Shown here one piece after another: positions 45,476-54,133 of a stretch of DNA of 64,000 nucleotides. Origin of the DNA: a virus; IMG/VR virus record IMGVR_UViG_3300045988_178965, positions 96,001-160,000 of that record, one strand, 5' to 3'. Position 1 is the stretch's first letter. Every line of letters begins with the position of its first letter. A program made the translations under genes and the position numbers. A model generated the notes under the pieces. The model made no database searches and had not been told where the DNA came from. It saw only the letters and a list, made by a program, of their open reading frames with translations.

Positions 45476-45724
45476 TTAATCTCTTATGATTTTCTTAATT
45501 CCAAATACCAGTGGCTTAAATAAGCCATATGAAATGATCACAGTAAGTAATACCGGCCAAGCTACAGAAGCCAACATAGACAACCAGATATATTTTTCGA
45601 TCAGGTCTTCAACATCTTCGCAGCCTTCTTTATTCGCTAATCCATTTTTATAGGAAACAATAAGTATCCCAATGAAAACAACAAATAAAATAGCTACGAT
45701 CAGCAGATATATTTTTAAAGCCAT
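45476..45724 (-). CDS. small 2-TM membrane protein
   Basis: 82 aa with the same TM-loop-TM architecture. Confidence 0.5.
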   Translation of the reverse strand: MALKIYLLIVAILFVVFIGILIVSYKNGLANKEGCEDVEDLIEKYIWLSMLASVAWPVLLTVIISYGLFKPLVFGIKKIIRD

Positions 45725-45926
45725 TTTATGTACCTTATTTTAATCTCCGTTAATAATGAATGCCTGCGTTTATACTCCGCAGGCAAGAGTCAGACACATT
45801 CACAGGAGCAGGTCGTCATCCCAAGTCAGGAATAGCATTTCAGCTACTAGCCTTTGTGACTAAATCATCGGCTCCATTCAACATCTAGTGTTGAATCATA
45901 CTAGGAAGGAGCTTTTATTACTCCAT

Positions 45927-45959
45927 AAATAAACCGACACCAATATAATGGCGTCGGCT
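45927..45959 (-). promoter_or_regulatory. GTGTCGG-type hairpin + U-tract
   Basis: AGCCGACGC-loop-GTGTCGGTT followed by TATTTAT. Two G.U pairs form only in minus sense. A ~200-nt structured leader follows. Confidence 0.55.
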
Positions 45960-45971
45960 ATATTTAAGGTT

Positions 45972-46250
45972 TTAGTAAAGTGAGAATTTTTCGATCAAAT
46001 AGACCACAAACTTTCCAGTATGGATCGTTGCAATATGGCCTAAAATGACGGAAATAACAAACAATAGTACATTAAACGGCCCATTGTTTCTCAATTTGGA
46101 AAAAGCTTTGATGTTGAAAACGCTTTTATGCAAATTCGAAAGAATGAAACCGATATATACAGCCAGGAAAATAACATACAGTATGCCTGTGGGGTTATTC
46201 ACTACGGCATTGTAAATGAAATAATCCCATATATTTGTAAAAACAAACAT
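45972..46250 (-). CDS. membrane protein
   Basis: 92 aa with 3 TM helices. Confidence 0.45.
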   Translation of the reverse strand: MFVFTNIWDYFIYNAVVNNPTGILYVIFLAVYIGFILSNLHKSVFNIKAFSKLRNNGPFNVLLFVISVILGHIATIHTGKFVVYLIEKFSLY

Positions 46251-46271
46251 GATAAATCCTTATTAGTTGTC

Positions 46272-46436
46272 TTATGACCTAATTTTAGCAATTAAATCGT
46301 TGACTAAACAGAAAACAATAACCGGCAAATTCAGAATAAAGGCAATAAGAACATAAAAAATAGTACACACGATAATTACTAAAAATACCGGTATAAACGC
46401 CAATAATTGAGCAAAGCCAAGCAGGAAGTTCATCAT
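46272..46436 (-). CDS. small membrane protein
   Basis: Trimmed to the ATG at 46436, downstream of the preceding stop. Confidence 0.4.
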   Translation of the reverse strand: MMNFLLGFAQLLAFIPVFLVIIVCTIFYVLIAFILNLPVIVFCLVNDLIAKIRS

Positions 46437-46441
46437 AGGGG

Positions 46442-46900
46442 CTATTCCTTCACAATAATACCATTTCGGCAAATATTTATTTCTACGCCTTCTACAATTT
46501 TAGGTGTATAAATGCCTACATACAGTCGACCTTGGAAGTTTCGTACCCAAGATACAATATATTTCGTTTTAGGAGACATAAACGTATACCGAATATAAGG
46601 ATCACCATTATTATCCGACACTCTATCAATATGCAACGGGACTTTAAAATTCTGCTCAAGATCAGATAAGAACCAATTCAGATTGCCATAAAGAGTTTTG
46701 GCATCATAGTTCTTAGAAGCATATTCCATAATAGAATCAAAAATAGGGTTGCCGCGGAGAGATTTGATATAATCCGCATTGGACAATTCATCAATAAAAT
46801 TCTCAATAGCGGAAATATATTCTTTACCTACACCAGAGCTCCAGTCAATAGGCTTAGAATTAGGGTCGAACATGGTAGAAAACAAGTTTAAAGGAATCAT
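46442..46900 (-). CDS. hypothetical protein
   Basis: 152-aa ORF. Confidence 0.5.
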   Translation of the reverse strand: MIPLNLFSTMFDPNSKPIDWSSGVGKEYISAIENFIDELSNADYIKSLRGNPIFDSIMEYASKNYDAKTLYGNLNWFLSDLEQNFKVPLHIDRVSDNNGDPYIRYTFMSPKTKYIVSWVRNFQGRLYVGIYTPKIVEGVEINICRNGIIVKE

Positions 46901-46952
46901 TTAAAGCCTCCATAGGGCCTTATATAAAGACCCTATAACTTATTATTTGTAA

Positions 46953-47228
46953 TTACTGCAAATGAACTTCTTCGCCATCACATTCTACACACTCTTCGTC
47001 ATTACTACCAAACGAAGAGAATAATGATGTAACAGCAGGTGTAATAATCCAGATACAGCCAATAAATATTGCAAGTCCAGTAACTAAGGATGCAAATGTA
47101 GAGTTGTAGATAAAGCAAATTAAGGAAATACCTAATACTGCGCAAACCTTAAATATTGAAAGGCGCCCCTGTTGATTGTAGAACAGACGCGCCGCAATAA
47201 GATTGAAACGAGATTTCAAAAAGCCCAT
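46953..47228 (-). CDS. membrane protein
   Basis: 91 aa with 2 TM helices and an acidic Cys-containing tail. Confidence 0.45.
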   Translation of the reverse strand: MGFLKSRFNLIAARLFYNQQGRLSIFKVCAVLGISLICFIYNSTFASLVTGLAIFIGCIWIITPAVTSLFSSFGSNDEECVECDGEEVHLQ

Positions 47229-47366
47229 AATATAGCTCCAAATGTAATAACTGTAATCAATTTTAGCTATTTAAATACAAATAACAATAGCAAAAAATGA
47301 TATAAATATAAATGCCCGCGTAATAAGCCTTTAAATAATAGCACTTTACAACGGGCCTTTTAATTA

Positions 47367-47708
47367 TTAGATATATTCGTATTTAGAATACAATTTCTTG
47401 AACATATCACCAATCGGCCATTGAGCAGGATGATAGACCCATTTCTTATTTTCATACTTTTTATAGCCAATCAGTTTCTTCATAATGAACAAAGAACAGC
47501 CGAAAATAAGGCCGGTAGCAGCACCAATCACAAAACCAGACATTGTTCCCGAAACGCCACAAGCAAGGCCAATTAACAAGGAAAAACAAAGGTCTACGTA
47601 AGCTTCATAGCCTAAAACCTTATACAAAAGCTCCACATTAGTCTTGGCCAAGATAGACAATATAGCCAAAGAAGTAATAGCGGAGCCAAACAATATCATA
47701 GAAATCAT
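47367..47708 (-). CDS. membrane protein
   Basis: Trimmed to the ATG at 47708 (GGAG RBS). The annotated extension overlaps the intergenic motif. Confidence 0.45.
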   Translation of the reverse strand: MISMILFGSAITSLAILSILAKTNVELLYKVLGYEAYVDLCFSLLIGLACGVSGTMSGFVIGAATGLIFGCSLFIMKKLIGYKKYENKKWVYHPAQWPIGDMFKKLYSKYEYI

Positions 47709-47734
47709 GATAACTCCATATATAATATTTACCA

Positions 47735-47757
47735 CAAAAAACCGACACAATATCGAT
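47735..47757 (-). promoter_or_regulatory. GTGTCGG-type element
   Basis: ATCGATA-TTG-TGTCGGT followed by TTTTTG. It lies 33 nt upstream of the ATG at 47708. Confidence 0.5.
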
Positions 47758-47822
47758 TTTATAAATATTCAAAAACTAGTAGCGTAAGAGCTAAAAGAAG
47801 GGCCCGCCGGCCCCTTTACCTT

Positions 47823-48500
47823 TTATTGGCGTAAAAACCAAAAATAAAAAACTTCAAAAACAAAGATAGATGCAAAAATTAAACATCCATAAAAGCAAAT
47901 ACAAGCATAAAAAATACAACAACCAAAAAATAAACAACAAACCAAAACAAAATAGAATAAACCATAATAAACAAATACACTCCCAAATATAAAATAGAAC
48001 TTATACATCTACATAATACAAAATAGAATCATGTACAAGTATAAATACTAATACATCTGTACTTCAATACAATACAGATAAACTTAAATACGAACTGCAT
48101 TACAATGTACTCTAATATAGACTACATTATATGAGTACGGTCTACATTATTGTACAAGCAGAGACTAAATTATACTGAACTCTTCAATACGGACTGCATT
48201 ACCTATATTGGCTAAATATACATCTTAATACCTATTTATAGGTCTGTGCACCTACAGGTACATTTTGACACCTGTATAGCCTACAAATAGACTCTGTGCA
48301 CCTGGTAGTCCAGTCCATTAAAACCCTTGCAAATACTAGCCTTACGGCTATTGGTTGCATTCTTATTATTCTTAGTATACTTATATCTCTTATGTATTGT
48401 ATTAGTATTATTTATGCTTTTAATCAATACAAGGACGCGCCCGTCCTGCCTATATTAACCGTCTATTGACGTCTATATTGACTGCTTATTAGCACTTTTA
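47823..48500. repeat. ORF-free strand-asymmetric region with degenerate direct repeats (possible origin or ncRNA locus)
   Basis: The plus strand is nearly G-free from ~47823 to 48050. Repeats follow: CTTCAATAC x2, CTGCATTAC x2, CTACATTAT x2 and CTGTGCACCT x2. Confidence 0.5.
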
Positions 48501-48505
48501 CCACA

Positions 48506-48537
48506 AAATAACCGACACTTTTCAGACGTCGGTATCC
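48506..48537 (-). promoter_or_regulatory. GTGTCGG-type hairpin + U-tract
   Basis: ACCGACGT-loop-AGTGTCGGT followed by TATTTTG. Confidence 0.55.
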
Positions 48538-48946
48538 GCTAAAGGAGAAAATGATACTTTAGGAATTATTCTCATTTAGGCCTGTTTTCTGCCTAAAACA
48601 GTCCATTTTTGCTGATATACACTGTATTTCTGCAAGAATTTAGCCATTTTACTACTGATTTTACTATATCATTTATTTCTGAACGAAAAACCTGTATCTA
48701 TATAAATCAACAACTTAGATAACTTCGCTCCCTTAGCCATATAAAACAAAATTAATCACTCATTTATTCTTGAACGATATCAACAATTCAACCATTCAAA
48801 AGAATAAAATCATAAGAAAGGTACCGACACAACACGTCAACCAGTCAAAAAAGACAAAAATACTGGTGCACAAATACATGCACACCAGCATTCAATGGAC
48901 TATAGATTGATAGGGGCTCGCTTACGCTCGCCCGTATCAGACTCTA

Positions 48947-50335
48947 TTAGAACGGACCGTCTTCGTCGTCTGCTTGAGGTTTGGTTTCAGTAGGTTGGGC
49001 TTGACCACGACGTGGACGTTTGGTTTCTTTGGTTTGAGCAGGTTTCTCGCCTTCTACTTTAGCAGTATCAGAAAAGATATCTACATCACCCAAGTCCAGA
49101 CCGTCAACGTTCAGAGCGTCCAAATCAACGTCTGCGGCAACAGTAGTAGAGCCGGTTTCATTACGGTTGATGATATAACCGTCCATAGTAACGCGTGCTG
49201 TAACTACCCATGGTTGACCAGTTTCGTCGTCTTCACGTGGGGTGCGGCTTTCGAAACCGAGGACGTTATTCTCGGTGAACATGATTTCATCGGCATTGCT
49301 GCTTACGAAATCGAATGCTTCGGCGCGAGTTTGTCCACGGCCATTGTTGCCATTGCTGTACATAACTGCACGTACAGTAACGTCATTACCACGGCTGTCT
49401 TTGAAGTTAACGAACTTACGGCAATATTGAGTCGGATTGGTACCTTCTGTTACTTGAACACCAGCCAGATAGCCATCATGCAATTCGTCTTGCTCCAGGT
49501 TTGTCATTTCAGCTTGACCAGTAATAGTCAGACAGAAGTTAGGGGCAATACGGCCATATGCACGTGGGGTAGTGCGGACATCAATTTGTTTGCCGTTGCT
49601 GGTGGTTTTGTAACTTGCTGCTGCAATCGGTACAATGCAAGGGCTCAGGCCATTTGCACCAACGTAGATTACAGTAGAAGTCGCAATTGCACCTGCGTCA
49701 ACCAAGCGTTTGATTTCGGCTTTGTAACCTGCAACGATTTTGGCCATCATTTCAGACAGCTGTTGTTCGTTATAGGTTGCGCGTTCACCGTTCTTTTCAT
49801 AGGCGGTAACGATGCCTTTATCGTGGCTGACGAACGCAGAGCCGGACAGCAATGCTTCATAACCTTTGGTCAGGCTCAAAGCCTTCAACGCCAGGCCATT
49901 TGCCTTCTCATACCATTCGGAACCAAATGCTGGACCTACAGGAACAGGGAAGTTTGCCAATTTGCCATTTTGAATGCTCAAACCATTGAAGCCTGCATCC
50001 AGGAATTCCATAGCATTTGCATTGCTATTACGGACAGACGCAACGATTTGGTTAGTAGTCATACCTTCAACGTATTGCACACCGTCGTCGGCATTAGTAG
50101 CAACCCAGCAGGCACGGCCATTACTACGGCTCATTGGGGTATTTGCAATCATGTGCACCAGTTTGTACACGGAAATGCGGTAACCCAGGGCTTCATTCTC
50201 GTCTTGGCGAGCGTCCAATACATAGAATGTACGGCGAGATGCTGCCATTGGTGTTGCAACCTGACCGCTAACGCTGTGGAATTTGTTACGGCCAGTGTTC
50301 AGGGCGCCAGTGTCGATTTGATTCAGTTCGTTCAT
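48947..50335 (-). CDS. abundant-looking protein with an SSB-like acidic C-terminal tip (function uncertain)
   Basis: 462 aa. Strong codon bias, shown by a stop-free antisense frame. C-terminus ...KPQADDEDGPF resembles the SSB/gp2.5 acidic tails (DDDIPF, DGDF). Confidence 0.5.
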   Translation of the reverse strand: MNELNQIDTGALNTGRNKFHSVSGQVATPMAASRRTFYVLDARQDENEALGYRISVYKLVHMIANTPMSRSNGRACWVATNADDGVQYVEGMTTNQIVASVRNSNANAMEFLDAGFNGLSIQNGKLANFPVPVGPAFGSEWYEKANGLALKALSLTKGYEALLSGSAFVSHDKGIVTAYEKNGERATYNEQQLSEMMAKIVAGYKAEIKRLVDAGAIATSTVIYVGANGLSPCIVPIAAASYKTTSNGKQIDVRTTPRAYGRIAPNFCLTITGQAEMTNLEQDELHDGYLAGVQVTEGTNPTQYCRKFVNFKDSRGNDVTVRAVMYSNGNNGRGQTRAEAFDFVSSNADEIMFTENNVLGFESRTPREDDETGQPWVVTARVTMDGYIINRNETGSTTVAADVDLDALNVDGLDLGDVDIFSDTAKVEGEKPAQTKETKRPRRGQAQPTETKPQADDEDGPF

Positions 50336-50435
50336 GATGATTTTTCCTTTTTAGGTTGATTGAAATAAAAGATTCTTTCGGTCAAGATTCAGACCATAGA
50401 GCTGTTTTGGATTGAGGTCAGCTCTGTTACCTCAT

Positions 50436-50470
50436 AAAAATACCGACACGACAATTTCTGCCGCGCCGAT
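50436..50470 (-). promoter_or_regulatory. GTGTCGG-type hairpin + U-tract
   Basis: ATCGGCGCG-loop-CGTGTCGGT followed by ATTTTTAT. Three G.U pairs form only in minus sense. It sits directly after the stop at 50477. Confidence 0.6.
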
Positions 50471-50476
50471 ATCTTA

Positions 50477-50773
50477 TTATCTCACCTTAATATTTCGCAA
50501 ATAGGAATCTGCAAAGTTTAGTGAGCGTTCAATGTAAGCTACACTAGGATTATTTAGCGCAGTTACATTATTCAGGCTATCAGACAATATCAAGGCACCT
50601 GGATTAGACTGTTTAGCGAAAAGAATTGCTTCCAGTTCTGCCGTATTGTTATCTGATGCAAGAATAGTTTTATGACCATTTACTGCCATATTCAGTGAGC
50701 AGTAACCAATTTTCCATCGATTGCCGCCCACTAAACGAGCGTCGCAGTAAATCTTATCAGGCTGCGGCCGCAT
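50477..50773 (-). CDS. mini RNase H-like protein
   Basis: IYCDA...AELEAILFA...ILSDS gives D/E/D spacing. ATG at 50773 with a GAGGAAG RBS. Confidence 0.5.
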   Translation of the reverse strand: MRPQPDKIYCDARLVGGNRWKIGYCSLNMAVNGHKTILASDNNTAELEAILFAKQSNPGALILSDSLNNVTALNNPSVAYIERSLNFADSYLRNIKVR

Positions 50774-51734
50774 TTGCTTCCTCAATATGTTCTTTCATTG
50801 CACGCATAATTACACCTTCTTTAGACTTGCGTCCAAAGTCTTTGGTAGTTGCTGCGTCCAAGATAGACAGCATTTTACCTAAGGTATAACCGGCAATATC
50901 ACGAACTGTGCCAAGAATCTTAATTACACCGCCATAGACGTACATAACCAAACCTTTGGCCAAGTCCAATACGAACGAGCCGCCAGTTTTACAGCCAACC
51001 CAAATCTTATGGGTCCAGCCTTCTTTGTCTTCATCGTCAGTGTTCTTGACAATATCAGACAGCAGTTTGCTGAATTTTGCGGATGTTTCTTCGTCAACAC
51101 CCTCCAATCCTTCATAGAATTGGTTTGCCGCTTCATTCAACACGGCCTTTTCGGCGGTCAGTGTAGAAACACCAGTTGCGTCAGTAGTACGGTTGTATTT
51201 AACCAACGCAGTGAGGTATTCTCCCACATTCTTCAACAGCTCTGGGGTCACTTCGTCACCCTCAAATGCTAACATTTCGGACTTAATGTCCTCCACGGCG
51301 ACATTGAACTTGTCGATGTTAGCGAATTTGGCTTCTGCACCGGCGATAATTTGGGCGATTGTTTGGGTTTGGGTATTTTGAGTCATGATTTCATTTCCTT
51401 TAGCTAAAGTTTCAGATTGGGTTTCAGTTTTCACTTCGGTTTTGGACAATTCTTCTGCCCGTTTGAATACAGACAGAGTAACAGGCCCAATTTGCTCCGG
51501 ATTTTTGAGCTCGGTTCCAGAGATGGTGACCGTAACACCATTATTCTCAACAAAGCCTTTATGTGTGGCTTCACCTAAGACCGACATCCATAGAACAGCG
51601 GTCTCTGTAATTTTCTTTTCAACGGCATTTTTATGAACGCCGGTAAGTTTTTGATATTGAAGCTCCAATTTATGAAGCTCACCTTGCAATTGAAGCAGGA
51701 CTTTCTTTGCCTGCTTTTGGTTTTTGATTTCCAT
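50757..51734 (-). CDS. acidic coiled-coil protein
   Basis: Trimmed to the ATG at 51734 (GGAG RBS). The annotated 5' end lies inside the intergenic hairpin. Confidence 0.5.
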   Translation of the reverse strand: MEIKNQKQAKKVLLQLQGELHKLELQYQKLTGVHKNAVEKKITETAVLWMSVLGEATHKGFVENNGVTVTISGTELKNPEQIGPVTLSVFKRAEELSKTEVKTETQSETLAKGNEIMTQNTQTQTIAQIIAGAEAKFANIDKFNVAVEDIKSEMLAFEGDEVTPELLKNVGEYLTALVKYNRTTDATGVSTLTAEKAVLNEAANQFYEGLEGVDEETSAKFSKLLSDIVKNTDDEDKEGWTHKIWVGCKTGGSFVLDLAKGLVMYVYGGVIKILGTVRDIAGYTLGKMLSILDAATTKDFGRKSKEGVIMRAMKEHIEEANAAAA

Positions 51735-51766
51735 TTCGGACTCCAATAAAGCAACATGCCTTTCCA

Positions 51767-51800
51767 CAAAAGAACCGACACCAAAACTAATCGGTGCCGG
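51767..51800 (-). promoter_or_regulatory. GTGTCGG-type hairpin + U-tract
   Basis: GCCGGCACC-loop-GGTGTCGGT followed by TCTTTTG. It lies 40 nt upstream of the ATG at 51734. Confidence 0.6.
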
Positions 51801-51810
51801 CAACTTTTAT

Positions 51811-52107
51811 TCAGATGAGCTCAAAGTAAGGGTCATAAGTAGTACCCTTATGGACATATTTTCCATCCTCGAGCTCATATACTGTAACGTTCTGCCCCAT
51901 AGGAAGAGAAGTGTCACAAACATAGATTTTAGTAAAACCCAAAGAGCTCAAACTTTCGTCCATCTTTTTGTCAGACGAATGTTCGAACATGTCGATCCAC
52001 TCTGCTTCTAATTTGCCGACGCTGGATTTCAATACGACAGTTTTGCCGTATGCCCAGTGGCGGATTTGTTTCAGAAAACGGTTGATAGAAGGGTTCTTTT
52101 TAGCCAT
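51811..52107 (-). CDS. hypothetical protein
   Basis: ATG at 52107 preceded by GGAGATAATC. Confidence 0.5.
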   Translation of the reverse strand: MAKKNPSINRFLKQIRHWAYGKTVVLKSSVGKLEAEWIDMFEHSSDKKMDESLSSLGFTKIYVCDTSLPMGQNVTVYELEDGKYVHKGTTYDPYFELI

Positions 52108-52144
52108 GATTATCTCCATAAAAGGCTGTTAAAATGTTTACCGC

Positions 52145-52172
52145 AAAAGAACCGACACTAATTATATCGGTT
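52145..52172 (-). promoter_or_regulatory. GTGTCGG-type hairpin + U-tract
   Basis: AACCGATAT-loop-AGTGTCGGTT followed by CTTTTG. Confidence 0.6.
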
Positions 52173-52220
52173 CAGATACTAGGGTTTAAACCAAGTTACT
52201 ATTGGCCTTAATTAAAAAAC

Positions 52221-52251
52221 AAAATGACCGACACCTCCTCAGATGCCGGCC
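52221..52251 (-). promoter_or_regulatory. GTGTCGG-type hairpin + U-tract
   Basis: GGCCGGCA-loop-TGTCGGTC followed by ATTTTGTTTTTT. It is in tandem with the previous element. Confidence 0.6.
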
Positions 52252-52259
52252 ACTACAAA

Positions 52260-52625
52260 TTATTCAATACCAATCAGGTCTTTTGCGAGCTCATTCAGCT
52301 CTTTGTCAGATTCATTCATACGAACCATGAATAGACGTAAAGCTGGTGCAACTGTCAATACAAAGTTCATGATTGTATTGAACTTAGAGGTCCAAACGCG
52401 GATTGCTTTGCACGCCCAATCTTTGTTAATTTCGATTGAGACTTCAGCGCTACCATCTTCATTACCGGATTTCTCCCAATACAGGGTATCCTTGTTGATT
52501 TTGGTAGGATTTTTGCCGCTAATGCCTACCATGCTGTTGAATTCGCCCTCACGAGCAAAATACTCTGCGCCGGCTTCTTGCAAGGCTTTAACTTCTTTCT
52601 TAGCAAATTCGATTTTGATTTTCAT
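52260..52625 (-). CDS. hypothetical protein
   Basis: 121-aa ORF. Confidence 0.5.
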   Translation of the reverse strand: MKIKIEFAKKEVKALQEAGAEYFAREGEFNSMVGISGKNPTKINKDTLYWEKSGNEDGSAEVSIEINKDWACKAIRVWTSKFNTIMNFVLTVAPALRLFMVRMNESDKELNELAKDLIGIE

Positions 52626-52664
52626 ACAATTTCCTTTATATTAGTGATTGGGGTTATTCCCATA

Positions 52665-52690
52665 AAAAGACCGACACAAAAATATCGGCC
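52665..52690 (-). promoter_or_regulatory. GTGTCGG-type hairpin + U-tract
   Basis: GGCCGATAT-TTTT-GTGTCGGTC followed by TTTTTAT. Confidence 0.6.
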
Positions 52691-52697
52691 CCTTAGG

Positions 52698-53012
52698 TTA
52701 CAAAATTTCTACCTCAACATCATGAGCTAGAAACGGCATATTCTGTTTGGCAATCAAGATTGGATTTTGGCCTTCTGTCACATAAATCACATCAGACTCT
52801 GTTCGGCCATCAATTAATTCATATGTCACATAATATTGCCAGTCTTGACCAATATGGAATGTTGCAACAACTTCACCATTAGAATAGGCCTTTACCATTG
52901 CGGCCTCATCCTCTGAGAACTCTATCTCTTTCTTGATCGCATCGATGTCGAGGCTGGAAACTTCATATTCCTCGTTAAAGAGATTACTTCCAAATACCTT
53001 AATGCTATACAT
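52698..53012 (-). CDS. hypothetical protein
   Basis: 104-aa ORF. Confidence 0.5.
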   Translation of the reverse strand: MYSIKVFGSNLFNEEYEVSSLDIDAIKKEIEFSEDEAAMVKAYSNGEVVATFHIGQDWQYYVTYELIDGRTESDVIYVTEGQNPILIAKQNMPFLAHDVEVEIL

Positions 53013-53252
53013 TTTGGATTACTCCATTTATTTATATCGTTAAAATACCGACACAAAAACCGTTGATGTTATGCAACCTATATTCAATACGGAGTTTATA
53101 AATGTCCTAGCGTATTTATATGCGTGGTTGCAACATGTTGATACCCTGTTACCTGTCCAGCGGGTGAAAAAAGGTGGGCCGCCACTGTATTGTAAAAACA
53201 ACAAAGTAGGGCCCAAAGTTTTTATGGAGGTAAAAAGGATTCAAATGTTTCC

Positions 53253-53296
53253 AAAAAGAAACCGATACCAAGTGCAACAACGCTCAAGGTATCGGC
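53253..53296 (-). promoter_or_regulatory. variant hairpin (GGTATCGGTTTCTTTTT)
   Basis: Perfect 8-bp CCGATACC/GGTATCGG stem followed by TTTCTTTTT, within a 310-nt ORF-free gap. Confidence 0.5.
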
Positions 53297-53326
53297 AAAA
53301 CTTACAGGGAAATCATATATGTCATA

Positions 53327-53358
53327 AAATAACCGACATCCTTTTACAGATGCCGGCC
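53327..53358 (-). promoter_or_regulatory. GTGTCGG-type hairpin (GATGTCGGTT variant)
   Basis: GGCCGGCATC-loop-GATGTCGGTT followed by ATTTTAT, directly after the stop at 53369. Confidence 0.55.
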
Positions 53359-53368
53359 ATTGTACTGT

Positions 53369-53572
53369 TCAGATAAACGAAAACTCTTCGAATCTAGAAA
53401 ACCTCAAAGAATTATCATCTTGAATCTCAAAGATTACCATATCATCATCTTCTGAATGACTTACAATTACATCCAAGAAGTGCTTCCATATGGAAACCTC
53501 TTTATTGTTTCCTAAATCGGCCCTAAGTTCGTCAATAGAGCCGTAGGCCAATTTAAATTCGAAAGATACCAT
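53369..53572 (-). CDS. hypothetical small protein
   Basis: Trimmed to the ATG at 53572 (GGAGG RBS, TGATG overlap). Confidence 0.45.
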   Translation of the reverse strand: MVSFEFKLAYGSIDELRADLGNNKEVSIWKHFLDVIVSHSEDDDMVIFEIQDDNSLRFSRFEEFSFI

Positions 53573-53751
53573 CAAACCTCCAGCCCTTTGACTTCGATAT
53601 CGACGGCACCAACATCTTCCATACATGTGGAGATGCAAACTTGCTCATATACATCATCCCAGTCCATAGGGACTTCATACGAACGAAGGAAATCCTTACG
53701 GCTGCCATCTTCCATTGTAAATGTAACCAAAAAATCTGTATATTTTTTCAT
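53572..53751 (-). CDS. hypothetical small protein
   Basis: Trimmed to the ATG at 53751 (GGAGG RBS). Confidence 0.45.
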   Translation of the reverse strand: MKKYTDFLVTFTMEDGSRKDFLRSYEVPMDWDDVYEQVCISTCMEDVGAVDIEVKGLEV

Positions 53752-53781
53752 GATGAAACCTCCATTAAAATTATTATCAGT

Positions 53782-53810
53782 AAAAGACCGACACATTCAC
53801 GCATCGGTCC
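53782..53810 (-). promoter_or_regulatory. GTGTCGG-type hairpin + U-tract
   Basis: GACCGATGC-loop-GTGTCGGTC followed by TTTTAC. It lies 36 nt upstream of the ATG at 53751. Confidence 0.6.
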
Positions 53811-53819
53811 GAAATTCTA

Positions 53820-54116
53820 TCAGAACGGGTGATCTTCACTCGCGTTCTCTTTATGAAACTTCTCTGCATATTGAGAAGCCCACTTATTAGGATTCATGCA
53901 ACCTTTACCTGGGGTTGCAAACTCATGAACGGCGGAGCAGTAAACTGCCATACCATCCTGAGTCGGAATCCTACGGAACCAGCCGGGGATGTCCTTTTCA
54001 GGCATCTCAACGCCGACTGGCATAATGAAACTTGCGCCACGATACGCAGCGCTTGCAACATCGCCGGCACAAAGTTGTGCAAACGGTGAATCTGGGGTAA
54101 TGACGAATTGTCGCAT
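53820..54116 (-). CDS. hypothetical protein
   Basis: 98-aa ORF with a GGAGGG RBS. Confidence 0.5.
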   Translation of the reverse strand: MRQFVITPDSPFAQLCAGDVASAAYRGASFIMPVGVEMPEKDIPGWFRRIPTQDGMAVYCSAVHEFATPGKGCMNPNKWASQYAEKFHKENASEDHPF

Positions 54117-54133
54117 ACCCTACCCTCCGAGAA

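Noticed and set aside
47823-48008. 61-aa ORF (MYKFYFIFGSVFVYYGLFYF...)
   Set aside because: Its F/Y/C-only composition simply mirrors the G-free plus strand in this non-coding region. There is no RBS, so it is likely a compositional artefact.
48947-50335. Calling this gene the major capsid protein
   Set aside because: The only support is high apparent expression bias. No structural-module neighbours (portal, terminase, scaffold, tail) are recognisable, and the C-terminus looks like an SSB-type tail, so I left the function open.
48974-50359. 461-aa plus-strand ORF, the longest plus-strand ORF in the window
   Set aside because: It is exactly antisense to the 462-aa minus-strand gene. Its product is low-complexity (C/F/T/I-rich) with no RBS context. 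A stop-free antisense frame is expected from the strong codon bias of the sense gene.
53071-53376. 101-aa plus-strand ORF in the 53.05-53.37 kb gap
   Set aside because: It is opposite in orientation to the whole block and spans two minus-sense hairpin/U-tract elements. It has no RBS. The region is better explained as non-coding.
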